This document shows, in pieces, positions 25,019 to 38,769 of a DNA stretch of 64,000 nucleotides. Under the pieces are notes generated by a model. The model searched no databases. It worked only from the letters and a program-made list of their open reading frames with translations, and was not told where the DNA came from. The DNA is taken from positions 4,030,001 through 4,094,000 of the forward strand of contig CM120645.1 of the NCBI GenBank assembly GCA_051362555.1, read 5' to 3'. The position numbers and the translations under genes were made by a program. The stretch is from Lingula anatina. Lineage: Eukaryota > Animalia > Brachiopoda. How positions within the stretch are numbered: the first letter of the stretch is position 1; the number at the start of each line of letters is the position of its first letter.

Positions 25019-28000
25019 TTACAACACAAAGCTACGTGTTCCTTCGCTGTGGTCAACGCTTGTAGGTGCAACAAAGGAACGCGACAAATGGAGAAAAGCG
25101 GCCTCCAAAGTACACTGCTGGATGCTATAATCTACCATCGTAAAGCGGGTTCTAGCCTCCTCAAGTGTTTGAAAGAGTTGGCCCCAACGGATATGTTCGT
25201 TTAAGACTTTAAAACTTATAACAAAGTTGTTTTCTTTGGTCACGTGTCCTCCAGGCAGGCGCGAAGTTATGAAAGAAATAAGATCCTCGGTATCAATCTC
25301 CTCTTCATCTGTCAGACGTATTTCAATGTTAACGCCGTCCCCGTACGCATTTTTAAGCGACTGTGGACTGCCCATAGTGACAAAGCGCTGATCTATCATT
25401 ATTGTCACTCGAGTGCACTGCATTTCACTTTCTTCAGTGCTAAAATATATAAACATGTATTTTAAAATAAACAAATAAAAACACTAACGCTTTACTTTCT
25501 GGGTACTGGGTACTTTCTGGGTATCTCATTTGTAGTACCGGTGGTTATCAGAAACCTGGTTAAAAAGCTCATAGAAAGTTATGATTTATGATGAAAGTAA
25601 AATCTCATTTTGCTCTGGCATTATCGTGTCACTAAAAGCTGTATACAGGGTACAAGACTTGAATGGTCTAGATCGGGGGCAAGGGAGAATCCACACAAAC
25701 CTGTTGGTGGTCAATACCAGCGTTGTACCTTGTCGACGTATTTCTTGCAGAACTGACCATATCTTTCTCCTGCACAATGGATCAACACTTGTTGTCGGCT
25801 CATCCAGAAATATAATGGTTGGTTTTCCAATCAACGCGATTGCTGTGCTTAATTTTCGCTTTGTCCCAGCACTGTCAGAAAAAATAGGCAAAAAAGTGCA
25901 TTGAAAATTCCGTCTCCGTAAACGACGACCTGGTAAGGCCAAGAATACGTATGGTGTACACACTCTTCAACTCGACCGCTAATTATAAATACAAATATAT
26001 TATTTTACGATTTTGCACCATGTTTTGTAGGCATCATGATTGAAGTATATAATTGGAAAATACAGTTCTCAGTACAAGTGGAAATGTTTATAAACTGGGC
26101 AATATTCAAAAGAAAATCAAGCAAAATTTGTCACTCGACGTCTTCCTCTCTAATGGGAAAGAGTCTAAAACTAGCAGGGCGATTGGTGGTTAAGGAAACA
26201 GCTTTTTTCAATAATGACGTCAAGGAACGCAAATTACTAATATTCATTTGACTAGTACATGTATATCATTCTTACGCGTAAAAGCATTTTAGATGACGTC
26301 ACACTTGTACGTTTGTAATTCCCAATACGAAACGGCCCTTTTACTTGTCCTAAAACATTTGCACACCATACAACCCACCTGCAACTATCTATGACGTCAT
26401 CGGCCTGACTGGTGAGAAGGCAACATTCTATGACGTCATCAATCACATGCTCCAGAACAGATTCTGTGACTCCTCGCAACCGACCAATCAGGTACAGCAT
26501 CTCTCGACACGTCAGTTCACCAATCAGAGAGCACGATTTGGGGCAGTAGCCAACATGGAGGCGGACCTGGATTGGGAGAAGTTTTTGTCGTGCGACGTAG
26601 AAGGTTCTTCATTCTTCGACAATTACACATATAATACACGGATAAAGATTATATGTACTTAAAGCAAATTTGGCGAAGAGACAGGCAAATCCTCTTTGTG
26701 TCCCGCTTAAGATAATTATTGTCGAATAATTTGTTCGGGTTTCCGACATTTTTCTAATTATGTTCCTGTCTGCTTTACTTTTTTATTCATTAAAAACGTA
26801 CATTATATTTTTCTGAGATTAATTTTGAATTTAATTTCCGTCAGAACGAACTCACTCATTACGATCCCCCGCCATTACTCCGTACGTGACCAATTTTTTT
26901 TAATTGCCAAACACATCTTACAGCATATAAGTTAGGAAGACATGGAATCAAAAATAATAATCTACAGATCAAGATAAAAAATAAATCACATTTCAAATTA
27001 CACAGCCATACCGCCAGGTTGCAAAGCCACATTGACAATGAAGTGCGGTTTCGTGTCGTACATAGTGTTTATAATCGGGCCAAACATACTACTAATATTT
27101 TCATCTTTTAGAATCAGTTTTTCATTACGTTACTTGAAAGTTCGTGTCCTCAGAGGACTGCACAAACCTGTTTTCCATTATAGCTGTCAAATGTCACACC
27201 TTCCAGGAATGATGTGCCGTCAGATGGCAGCACATCACCCGTGAGCATCCTGAACAGGGTTTCTTTGCCGCGGTCATCAAGGCCAAGTATTCCAATGGCT
27301 TCGCCTGAAAAAAAACTTGGTAATCATTTGTATGGTTATAATTTGTACCATATAATACTCCAGATATGAAAAGTACAATGGCAAAAGGAAATGATTTTTT
27401 AATCGATATCCAGAGCAAGGAGAGAACGACAAAGCATATTAGAAGGTATGAATAGGACGAGTAGCGAAGATGACTCACCCTTACGTATTGACACTTGAAC
27501 TGGACCCTTATCAAAGGGCTGGGCAGTCTTTATTTTACTTTGTTCGCTTTTGAGGGTATTGGTCATATTAGAGCGACTGGTGCTTCCGTATGAGTATTGA
27601 AACGTCTCGCTTGAGATAGAGGTCCGAAAGCCTTTTGTTTGACGCACCTTGTACCACGTGGTAAGCACATGCGTTTCAACGATGATCAAAATGACGAGGA
27701 AGGCAAAACCTTGGATGAAGAGAAAGAGGGCGTGTTTTCCGAAGCCTGGATTCTGGAAGGACAGCGTGTTGTCCACATGTGGCATGCAGAAGTATAAAGT
27801 TCTGTTTTCTAAGGGAATGGAGGTTTGGTTTTTATTCCACTCGACGCAGCGGCCTAAACAACAAAGAATACTCAATCTAAAATGCTGGTACTTATTTCTC
27901 AGTAAAGTGCAAAATATGCTTGTTTAAAATCTTTAATTTTGTTATCAAAGTTTCAAACTCAAAATTTTTAAGGTCTTTCATTAAACAGACCCCTGGTCAA

Positions 28001-31000
28001 TCCAATATAGGGATCTTTATCAAATATAGGAATCTGCGCTGGGTCTGGTCAATATTAAAAGGTCAAATGTCAATAAAGGGATAATAACTCTTCGTATGAG
28101 ATCTATATTTCACAATAAAAACATTGTGAAAAACTCATAGAAATATGATATATTCTGTTTTACCATAAAAAGGGCAGTTAAAGCTATTATTCTGATATCT
28201 GAGCTCATCTTTAGACTACGTGACCTCCATTGATGGCTATATTCTGATGTAATCTCTTAAGAGATTATAACAAAAACAAACTCTTTAGAAAAAAATCAGG
28301 GACGAACTTTGTAACTAAGTATGTTGTTTACCCCAGGAAAATTCGGTTTTTGGCCAAAACGAAGAGTTATTATTCCTTGAACTCTTGCAACCATTAACCA
28401 CGTATCAGTACTTCAGTACTTACCTAGGTTGCACTGCATTTGGCTCATAGTTGTGTTGCTATGGAGGCAGTATCGAGAGTTGTAGTCATTAATATAGAAG
28501 TTCAACAGTCCGCCGACCAAGTTGAAGGGAGGAAACAACACTGTGAAGACCCAATCCGTTATTTCCGGATAGGAAAATGACGTCACCATTTCCGCCACTT
28601 GTAGTAGTCGGTACGGAACAATGTAGAGGATCAAAACTTTCAAGACGATAGAATAGGCGCCTTCAAAACAGGAAATCTTATTTAAGCGACATATGTTTAA
28701 ACATATGTTTACGATTTTAAATTGTAAAATGTGTATTTAACAAAGATAGTCCATATGAGATGCTTGACTTAAGAAAAATGTATGTAGAAAATTTGGACAT
28801 GACTTGCAAAACAGTATGTGACTTGAAATTGTTTTAACGAGAGCAACGTTCTTAATAACTCAGTAGAACTGTGTAAAATGTAATTGCATCATGATTCTTT
28901 CATATAATAAGTGGGATATTTGAAATAAATTTCCACTGATTGGGTGCTTACACACATAACAAATTTGGGTCTCAAAAAGGGGAGCCAACACGCGTTTGAG
29001 GAAAAAAAGATATGGAAAAAGAAATGAACCAACCTACTGCTGTAAACGTAATCATGATGTACCTCGAGGCAGTCAAACCAGTGTCAAATTTAAATGCCAG
29101 CAAGTAGGTCAATGGCAAAGTGGCCCACCCGAAAAGCACTACCAGAATGATTAGTGTTTCTTGTTGTCTGTCGGCTATGTACAAGGGCCATGTCTGTCCA
29201 GCTAATACCAAGCCAATCACCGATATGACAGGTACCGAATAAATCGTTATATCCCAACAACACCTAGACAACCAGTACGTCATACCCGTGGAGCCGGACA
29301 CGAAGAGCAGAAGCTTGGTCCCGTTGGTGCGTTCTTCAACCGGGCTGATGGCGAAGGAGCCAAGAAGTGCTGACATTACGCACAGGAAAATGCACGTGTA
29401 GGTCAAATTGATTATAGGGGGCCACCACTTCCATGAATCATTTCCACTGACGTCATCTTCGCCATCCATGAGATCGTTATCCATGTGGCGATCGTACGAC
29501 GGCAAAGGGTGGTTGTTGACCGCTATGGAGTACTCGTCTCCGGCAAGGTACCTCAGCAGGGCATTGTTGACAAGGTTGAGAGCTAGTGGCATGCTGTGAT
29601 AGGCGTAGCCGTTGTAAAGCCCAGTGCTTATGTTACATCCATCTTCGTCAGTTTCATAGCTTACTCCAATCATATACTCATTTGCAAACTGAATCGAGTC
29701 GATTTTACGTTGAGTGTCCAGCAAGAATTGATCCACAGTTTGGTTCCATGATGGTGACTTGGTCACCGTGGCTACCACGTTTCTGTACACCCCTGAGATG
29801 TTCCTTGCCCATGGAGAGTCATCAGTTGCCACTGTCGCGATGAAAGGATCTTTGGGTGTATTAATCATTGCGTGGATGGTGATTGGAAGATCTACGTTGT
29901 TATCAGCTATATGGCCAGCCAGAGCGGATTGAGAGAAGGCTTCAGGATTGCAGGAGGTCAGCAAAGCGACGATCACCAGTAGTATTAATTGGGAGCACGT
30001 GAGCCAGCGTCTGCGCCACGAGACTATTGCATGCACGCAGAACATGCTGAAAAACTCGTGTAGCAGGTGGGCCAAACCTAATGGAAGTATTTTGAACTTG
30101 CGCCGACCCAGCTTCTTCCCTGAGAAATGAGGAACGGAAGTTAAGGGAAATCGAAGCAAGGTTGTGTTACATAAATAAATTGTAAATGAGAAATGCGCGA
30201 TATTATATCTTCATGTGGCAAAGCGTAAGATTTTAAACACGTTTTTTTATATTACTTGAAATACATAAACCACTTCTAACTGAACTTATCTAAAGATAAG
30301 AAATACTTTTTAACATTTATACAGATAAAGGCACTTGCATTAATTTCGCCAAAAATAATCCAATTCATCACTTCTTGACGAACTCTGACACAGTTTAGAA
30401 TTGCGCGCAATACAGAAGTGAGTACTGAAAGTGATGGTGGAATTTAGAAAACCACGCTTAAGGATTTCTACGGAGTTACGGCGAGTGTCAGGAAAGATGG
30501 ATTAAATGTTGGTTAGTCTTAAAAACACCATTAACCATTGGGGAAATTCGTTAAGTACAGGGTACGAGATTTTCGCGAGAAAATCTTACGCTGGGCACCT
30601 TTGACTTAAATCCACGAAAACTACTAGATGCCTATGATATATTATAAATTAAATTCAGAAAATAATAAATTGCTGTACACTGAGTATATATGTGTATATA
30701 TTATTTGTTTTCTGTCCATTCTGTTTTTTAAGAAATGCGCATGATATTGGCACCATTTACAGATCTTCCACGAGTGGCAATCAGCGAGAAAATTCTAGAT
30801 TTCGTCATATTTTGTGAATACGACTATCATCATCATCATCATTTTTATCAACATCATCATCATCATCAACATATTTGCCATACACTTACGCGTGAGAAGC
30901 CGGTATCCACTCTGTGTTAATTCAACGGAAGTGGTACTAGTTGTGGTGGTTTCCATCTCCAATTCTTTGGCAATACTACGAAGAAATTCCACAACAGATA

Positions 31001-34000
31001 TACATCTACTGAACGCAATCTGACTCAACGTGTGCACACAAATATTTTTCGATACAAAAAATACATGTATATGTACAAACACAGGAACACTTGAAACTAA
31101 ATCGATAAATACTTAAAAAATCATGTTCATTACAGGCAGGTTTCAAAGGTAGGAACTACTTCAGACAAATGTAGTTATTATTCAAGTACCGTAAAAATAT
31201 TTCATCAAGCGTTGCAAGACTAACTCCATACGAAGACAGTCCAAGGGCAGCTTTTTGTTCGTCCAATTGCTCGAAAACTGCTGCAAACTTCGGCGATTCA
31301 GATCTCGGTAATGTAACTCGTATTTCGGACTCTGTTTCTGACATAATTCGTGCACCTTCTATACCGTCTTCAATAATTCTCTTAATGGTTTCAGATCGAC
31401 AAAAATTGGTTTTCACCAAGCGCAAAACGTACGTTCTTTCTGAAATAAAGTGCAATAAGATAAAATAGAATGAAGAAAGCACTATACTGTTTGTCACGTT
31501 GTTTGTTGCATTGTTAATTTGCATCTCATGCGTGTTTTTCATTTTACAAACACGGAACCACATATCGATTAATATTCCACGCTTGAGGTCACGGTGAACA
31601 TTAACAACATCTTACCATATTTTCCCTCCAACTCCGCCATGGTGCCACAAGCCACTAGAGATCCGTTCTGCAGAACCCCAATGCGGTCAGCCAGGGCCTC
31701 CGCCTCTTGCATACTCTGTGTACTGAGAACTATCACAGAACCCGCTTGCTTAGACTGGTTAATGGCCTCCCATGCATGTTGTCGCATGCTAGGGTCCATA
31801 TTTTGAGTCGGTTCGTCTAAGGCTATTACCTGGAATAATAAAACCATTTGACATGGCTCTTAGGGTAGTACGTGTATAACCGTTTTTGTTAATAATGAAA
31901 AAAGGCTGGACAGGATACTCGGTTTATTATAGATAAGGTCCCATTTATTTGAATTATAAACTGATCAGAAAACTTCATGAATACTCTCAAAAATCCTAAT
32001 GGAATGCCGGCAAAATCGTCATTATATACTCACTATCTTCATTTGTTTCTCAAATGTCAAACCAAAAGCAATTTTGTCTGTGCAATTTTTATAATGTCTT
32101 ACGTCATGTGACAACGTCATTTTATTGCGCCATACGTCATATGACGACGTCATTTCCACCCAAGACCTACCTTTGGGTTTCCCATGAGCGCCAAAGCCAA
32201 AGAGAGAGCGCTTTTTGAGACAGTGGAGAGAAATTTCACTATTGTATAACGATTGTTTTCTAGATTCAACAAGTCTAGAAGATGGTTTAGCTGTGCCTTT
32301 ATGTTTTGGCTTTCCATACGACGGAGCTGAAAATAATTTGAAAAAAATTAACGACTGAAAAAGAAAGGAACTATTAAATAGCTGTGCGTGGGTGTGTGTG
32401 TCGGCGAGAGAGAGAGAGAGAGAGAGATCAACAGGTAAGATCAACCCCCCCCCCCTCCAGCTCCACATATATATATGAAATTCCACACATATGATCACAC
32501 TAATACACCTTTTACACCGGGGTAGGCGCAGGTGTTAACACTTAGGTCGAGGGGAGCTGGGGGGGGGGGGATCCGGGACGTCCAACACAGGACTAAGTGA
32601 CCACAAGGGCCCCTAACATGTATGAGTAAAATATCGCAAGGGCAGTGTAGTAGCCAGAGGCCGTGGTTTAAGCCAGATACAACACTCGCCTGCGGCTCGA
32701 CAATACACTCGTAATATTTCACGTACAGCTCTGCGACTCGTATTGTATCTATCACATACTAGCCTACTATAGTACAACATCTGTCAACTCTCCTCAATCT
32801 GTCAATCACAAATTAAGCACTTAATTGTCAGTGTCAGATTTTCGCGGCATTGACTGTGAAGTCGGCGCAAGGGTAGCCAAGACCATTGACATGAGCGCCA
32901 TCTAGCGTCAAATCGAGTTTTGGCTTCTAGTTGCGTTTTGACGACTTGTCGTATTTTGCCGTCTGGTCTGATAACGACGACGTCTAATCGTGTTTTTAAT
33001 TCGTCTATTTTGATAACTACGACGACTAATCGTGTTTTTAATTTTTGTATAAACCGCCGCCCATAATTTCCACCCTTAGTAAAACGTTGCACATAGGTTG
33101 TGAATTCTATAAATGAACCACACACGTAATACGTTTTCTAGTGTGCTTGTATTTACAGGTACCAATTTGCAATATATCACCTTAGCAATAAACACCAGAT
33201 GCTGTTCCACAGTGAGAAAATCAAACAACGCCGACTGCTGTCTGCACAGACCGATACGATCCCTAATGGCTGAGATATCTTTTGGTGCTGAGCCGGGGCA
33301 CACGTGAATACTTCCAGACGTAGGCTGGAGCAAACCTGAAAAAATCAGTTAATAAGACAAAAGAAATCACGCAAGTGGTATTCTTTAGTATGCGTTATAT
33401 CAGTATTGGACCTTATTACGTATATTTGTAGATCCTAACGTCAAGATAGATATGCAAATGAGATCCAAAGTTATGAAAACTGCAGTGTCAAAAGAAAGTT
33501 TGCCAAAAAAAATCTGACCTCAATTATGTACTCTCAATAATTCAATACCTATGCCATCTACAAAGTCAGAAAGAAAATTAAATGACACTTTGTCATGATC
33601 CCTTAATGTGTGACAGCTACCTGTAATCATCTGCAGAAGTGTCGACTTCCCCGAAGCATTTCCACCCAAAAGAGCCAGTGTCTCGCCTTCAAACAAGTCC
33701 AGGGTCACATTGTTGACAACATTTCGCTTTCCGTAAACCTTATGATAGAGTAATAAGGAACATGCACTTTCATGAGCATTGTTGCTGTATGCATGATTGA
33801 TACGTAGAATATTTGGGATGAATAAGATGCATTTTTTTCTCCATTTTTGCAAAGGGAATGAATCCGTCATTTCAACGAAACATTGGGGAAAGGGATAAGG
33901 GATAAGCCCTCTTCCACTAAATCCGCCCATTATACGTTTCAAAGACCTTTTTGTTTGGGCCCCATGGTACATGCCATACCACTTAAGAATACGTCACAGT

Positions 34001-37000
34001 GAAAAAATTATAATGTAAAAAGAAAATGAAAGCACATACATATTTATACATAGACATGTAAAAATTTATAAAGTAAAAAGAAAATGAAAACATATACTTT
34101 TGTCAGCCTGAACAGCGACATCCATGGTAGGCGTTCAGTTTGAAAACTTTCCGTAGCACTTCCCTCCTCCTGCTTTATTGATGAAAATGGCGCTTGGCCA
34201 ACTTTCTGCTTCTTTCCAATCCGCATAAGCCACTAAAATTTTGTAGTTGTGTTATTTTTGGAATGTGTCAACGATACGGTAGAATTGTATTCAATATTCC
34301 TGGGTAGTATGAAAATTACAGGATTAGTTCAAAAAACAATCTAAAAAGTTTAACAGAAAACAATGAGCGTAAGGCCGTTATATATCTAAGGCATATATCT
34401 GGAAATTTCAACAGCTTTTTAATCAACCCCACGATTAACCATATCCAAAACCGTTCAGAAAATAACATGAGAGTTTCTTATCTAAGCGTCATGTCAATAA
34501 TTTACCACTTTCCATCGCCCTAAAAAGAGCTACTTGTATAACTTTAACATTTATAATACCAGGAAAATTTACCTGTAAAGGAAACAGCCACGGTTTCGGT
34601 ACTCCACCTGGGCCTGGAGACACCTGGCTGAAATACCATGTTATCAACATGAATAGCATAATGTCCACGGCAAAGGCAATGAAGACCTCCCCGATGGAAA
34701 AGTTGTCACCAAATGTCGTGTGCTGCATCACATTATCCCAGCGTAGGCCTGCATGTAGATAATATAAAGAATGAAAAGAGAAATTAAATATGTCAGAACA
34801 TACGTTTCGATCATTGAAAAGGCTTGAAATGAACACGGGATAATATGACATGTTGGTTTCTCAAAAATATGATCAAAGTAGCAATTGAACAATTGAGCAA
34901 TTGAATGCCCCGACTTTTTTGTGTATTAATTGCACCACTTATGATAGGGCCTACTCCCGTGCGCAATTTCTTCGTGAACATGTAATTTAGAATATATTCC
35001 TTGACTTTTTAGAAGAAAAGGAATGAAATATCGTTGAATCACCAACGTGTTCAACTCACTTCTGGAATGATCCCCTTCTCCTGCAAGTAGGTACATGGAT
35101 AGGGAGAAATTGTTGAGATTCACGGGTACATATGTATTACAGCATGGACAATTCATCACGTCCATTTTGTAACTGGTATTATATGCAAAGGAAAACCACA
35201 TACATCCGGGCTTATGGAATCTGCATCGGAAATTGTTCATTTCCAAAAAAAGTTAGGAAAAGAATAAGATATTATATACGTCAAAGGCATCGGGACTGGA
35301 AAATACCGTAGCTATTGATATACGATTATTCTTACCTCCGTTCAGTGGAGAGCGACAGTAAATAAGGATCTGCAAAACGCCCATCTTGAGAGCAAAGTTT
35401 GGCAGTAAACACATGACGAGTTTCTGTGATTTCGGCAATAATTCGTAAAATAACAGTGTGCTTAGACAGGCGGGGACAAGGTATACCACCATGATCAGCG
35501 CTTTGGCAGCAACTTTAAAGAATGAAAATTATAATGGCTTATGTAATACATATTACAACTCCTAAAAATGTAAATGAATAGTATCAGGGATTCTTTTAAA
35601 AACATCTTAGTCACAGCTAATGGTCAGCCTTTAAGTACATTTTAGCTTTTATCAAAATAAATAATTCAAAAAGTTGATATCGTAGATAGAGAAGTAAAAT
35701 TGAAGCAAATTAAGATTAATCTTTAGATACTTTTATCTAATAAATGCTGTATGTTCTAACTTCATTTCCATAATAACATATTTTATTCAAAAAGGATGGC
35801 ATGTCTAGTAAAACTTACCTGTAGAGTTAACTAAGCTGCACACAAAGCACAATAAAATGGTCGATGTGGCGTATAGCAAGAGGAACAGAAATACAACATA
35901 GTAGTTTATGATAGTGCCTAGGTTACCACCGTCTTCACCCGAACCAGCAGATAGAAATAGCATTGACGCCACGACCATCATGATGAAGTACGGTACGCTC
36001 CAATACAAGAACCAAGAGAGCCAATATGCCTTGTCTGGCACGCCACACGTTTTCAAAAGAACCTATATATAAAACAACATAATTTCAAGTAATCAAAAAG
36101 GTAGATGGCGTTGTATGCAATCTATCCAAAATTGTTTTCTCACACTATCGCATTGGACCATCTGCACGGGCATGTGTATGCCTTTACTTGGCTGTTTAAT
36201 ACTGTAATTTGGAGTTAATTACTCTATCATTACTTAAAAGCTATGGACCTTTGTAACTGTTCTTTGGGGCAATCATGCCTCATCACATTATTTATCCTTT
36301 TCACACGCTCTTTACTAACCTCCACATGCAAAATATATCATATCTATCTACAAATATACGTTGTCGTATGCAAGTGGTAACTGGTTCTTCCCGATCAGTA
36401 CCGTGGAATAGAAAGGCGTGTATTTTGTCTTCAATGGCTGGCAGAACCCTTTGTAGACACAGGTAACCAAATGTTATTTTTTTGGTACACTTTCCAACTT
36501 ATACACTTACTTTTAGTCCCGTTTCCTTTTCATATGATATTCCTCGCGTAACTTCCAAAACTAAAGATATACAGCCAATAATCACAACGGCGGCAAGGGG
36601 CTCGGAAAAGTAACTCAGTTGATCAGTCACAAGGTCTCTATTTGTCTTGTGCTCCAGCGTTGGGAATCGCTTGAGTCGAGTAGGAAAATGGAGATCGAGG
36701 TGACTAGAATTCAATACCATACTGATGTAAGATTTGTCCACAGCATCTTGGATGGCAAGAAAACCATTTTTGTCGTATTCTGAAGATGAATAATTCATGT
36801 GCACATTTTAAGATGACTAAAAATATATATATTGGTTCTGAAACATGTGCAATATGCGAATTTTATTATACGAATGAGTTACCGAAAGGATTAGATGTAT
36901 TAATGAGTTTTAAATTATACTCTTCTCTTTTCTGTTGTACATTTTACGTGTTATGTGATATACAAATAAAAATCTATCTAATTTGGCCAAAAAGGTACGG

Positions 37001-37957
37001 ATCTTCTTTATCCTGATTCACAAAAGTACAAAAACATTCGTCTTACCAGGGCCAGTTTCGAAATAGAACGCTCTTAAGACGTTCGTAAACCACTCTCTTG
37101 TGTGATGTAACGACGGTTCTGAACGGAGGCGGATAGTGTATCCGAACTTGGAGGTTGGCATACCATTGTCAAAACTTTCGTCATTGAAGACTACCCCACC
37201 CACAAGATCAAATGCTTTTGCATTTTGCTCGATCAATTCTTCTAACACGTCACTGTTGGCTAGTCGATACACTGAGGTTAAAATATGATCACAGATAAAT
37301 GTTTTAAAGTGATATTTTATTAGAGCATCCCTTTTTGTCATGAGACTGAGCGCCTTTATTTTACTTAGTAAAATTTCGTTGAAGAGAGGACATTCTTCAT
37401 CGACCATTCTATCACTGCATTTTAAGATAAAGTGGTCTTAAATACGTTTTACACAGTCATATGCTTCTTTAAATAGATCGTTGGTACAATGAACTGGTAA
37501 TCACCCTTCTCCTTCATCTCAAAATTCTTTGATGATCAAATATGCCTAACATGGTTTTTGCGCAGTTCAACTATTTTACTTTCAATCTCACAAACTCTCT
37601 TTAACAAGTTAACTTACCAATGAACGTCTGATTAAGTGTAGATCGGCCCAGAGAGATATTGAACCAATGAAGAAAATTGGTAGGGGTGTAATTCCCACGG
37701 CTCGTTGCGGGCGCAACTCCAAGCCCCAAACAAAATGCCCCGGGTACCCCCGGGTACTGGAAATCTTTTTGTGGACTGAATGTTTCATCAGGGACGGTTG
37801 TCACTCCCGATCCAATATCTATGATAAACACGTAAGTAACAGGAATGGCAATTGCTGCACAAAACAGCAAGAGAGTGATGCACGTGTTTAGCTTATGGCG
37901 CCGTGTGTATTGGAATCGTAACCACAGCAACTGCCAAGTGGCACGCAGGAATGTCAT
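25019..37957 (-). CDS. ABCA-family full transporter, copy A (ABCA3-like architecture), 20 exons, ~1719 aa
   Basis: Exons (minus): 37957-37618, 37271-37047, 36779-36511, 36062-35819, 35512-35336, 34748-34573, 34232-34098, 33738-33621, 33335-33181, 32326-32171, 31829-31616, 31439-31190, 30975-30890, 30119-29034, 28660-28424, 27853-27479, 27304-27168, 26566-26379, 25871-25701, 25439-25019; total 5160 nt, phase-consistent, no internal stop found. ABCA hallmarks: GFLAIQDAVD, EKETGLK, GGNASGKST, LDEPT, SYGVSLATLDEIFL, YHSMPLALNLVNNALLR, KRKLSTAIALIG, FLDEPT, DYSIQQCTLEAAFL. Confidence 0.92.
28076..28378. mobile_element. MITE-like insertion in an intron of ABCA copy A
   Basis: Terminal inverted repeats AAGGGATAATAACTCTTCGT (28076-28095) and ACGAAGAGTTATTATTCCTT (28359-28378), one mismatch; no clear TSD. 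Confidence 0.6.
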
Positions 37958-38769
37958 GGTGATGAAACGGTGGGTAACCTGAAAATCCAATTCATTATAA
38001 ACTGAACGTGTTTTTTTCACTGCTTCATATAATTTTAAAATAATTATTGTAAATGGCTGTATCTCTCTTTGCACGACTAGCCTCTCTCTATGCCCCCTAC
38101 ACACGCACACACTGTAAAATAAATGCACATAATTCTGATTAATTCGCCTGTTAATTTAAGGTCAGTATCCGAATCCCGCTTATTATCCCCCTCAGAAATA
38201 CTAACCGTCAGGGGTATTATATACTACTGTGATGGTTATCCGCCATACTGTACAAACATAATCATACTAATTAATTCATGTGCGATACATTGTGAAGTCA
38301 CATGTGTAAAAGAATATGCGGTAGTCGTGTTCGATAACCAAATCATCTCATGGACTTTGTTCAACTACACGATCTAAACTGAAATTTATGTGCTTATCAT
38401 GTTTAATAAATGGTCAGATTAGATTTTGTTTGTAATGCCGATTTATATCCGATAACTGCATAGCTTCACTTCATGGGCACGCGCACCGCGTGTTTCTGCT
38501 TGACGTGCTTTCAACCATGTTTGTTAGATTAATGGGATATCTTAATCAATATGACGTTACGCCTAGAACGTCACTGATAGTGGTTTGTTGGGGTCATTAA
38601 TTGGTATATCAAAGGTCTATCAAATTAAACAATGTAGCTAGATGATCGCTTAAATAGATATTGATTGCGTATAGGCAGTTCAGTGTCGCCGAAATCGACC
38701 CTGGCATAGCATGCAGGTCTCTGCGGGTTGCCCATGTGGCCTGTCTCGGTAACCGTGGAAACAGCATTG

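Noticed and set aside
34232-34300. Apparent premature stop in ABCA copy A (cccag|GAA TAT TGA on the minus strand)
   Set aside because: A downstream acceptor (ttttag|TGG CTT ATG, exon start 34232) gives an in-frame 135-nt exon matching copy B's 141-nt exon, so pseudogene status is not supported.
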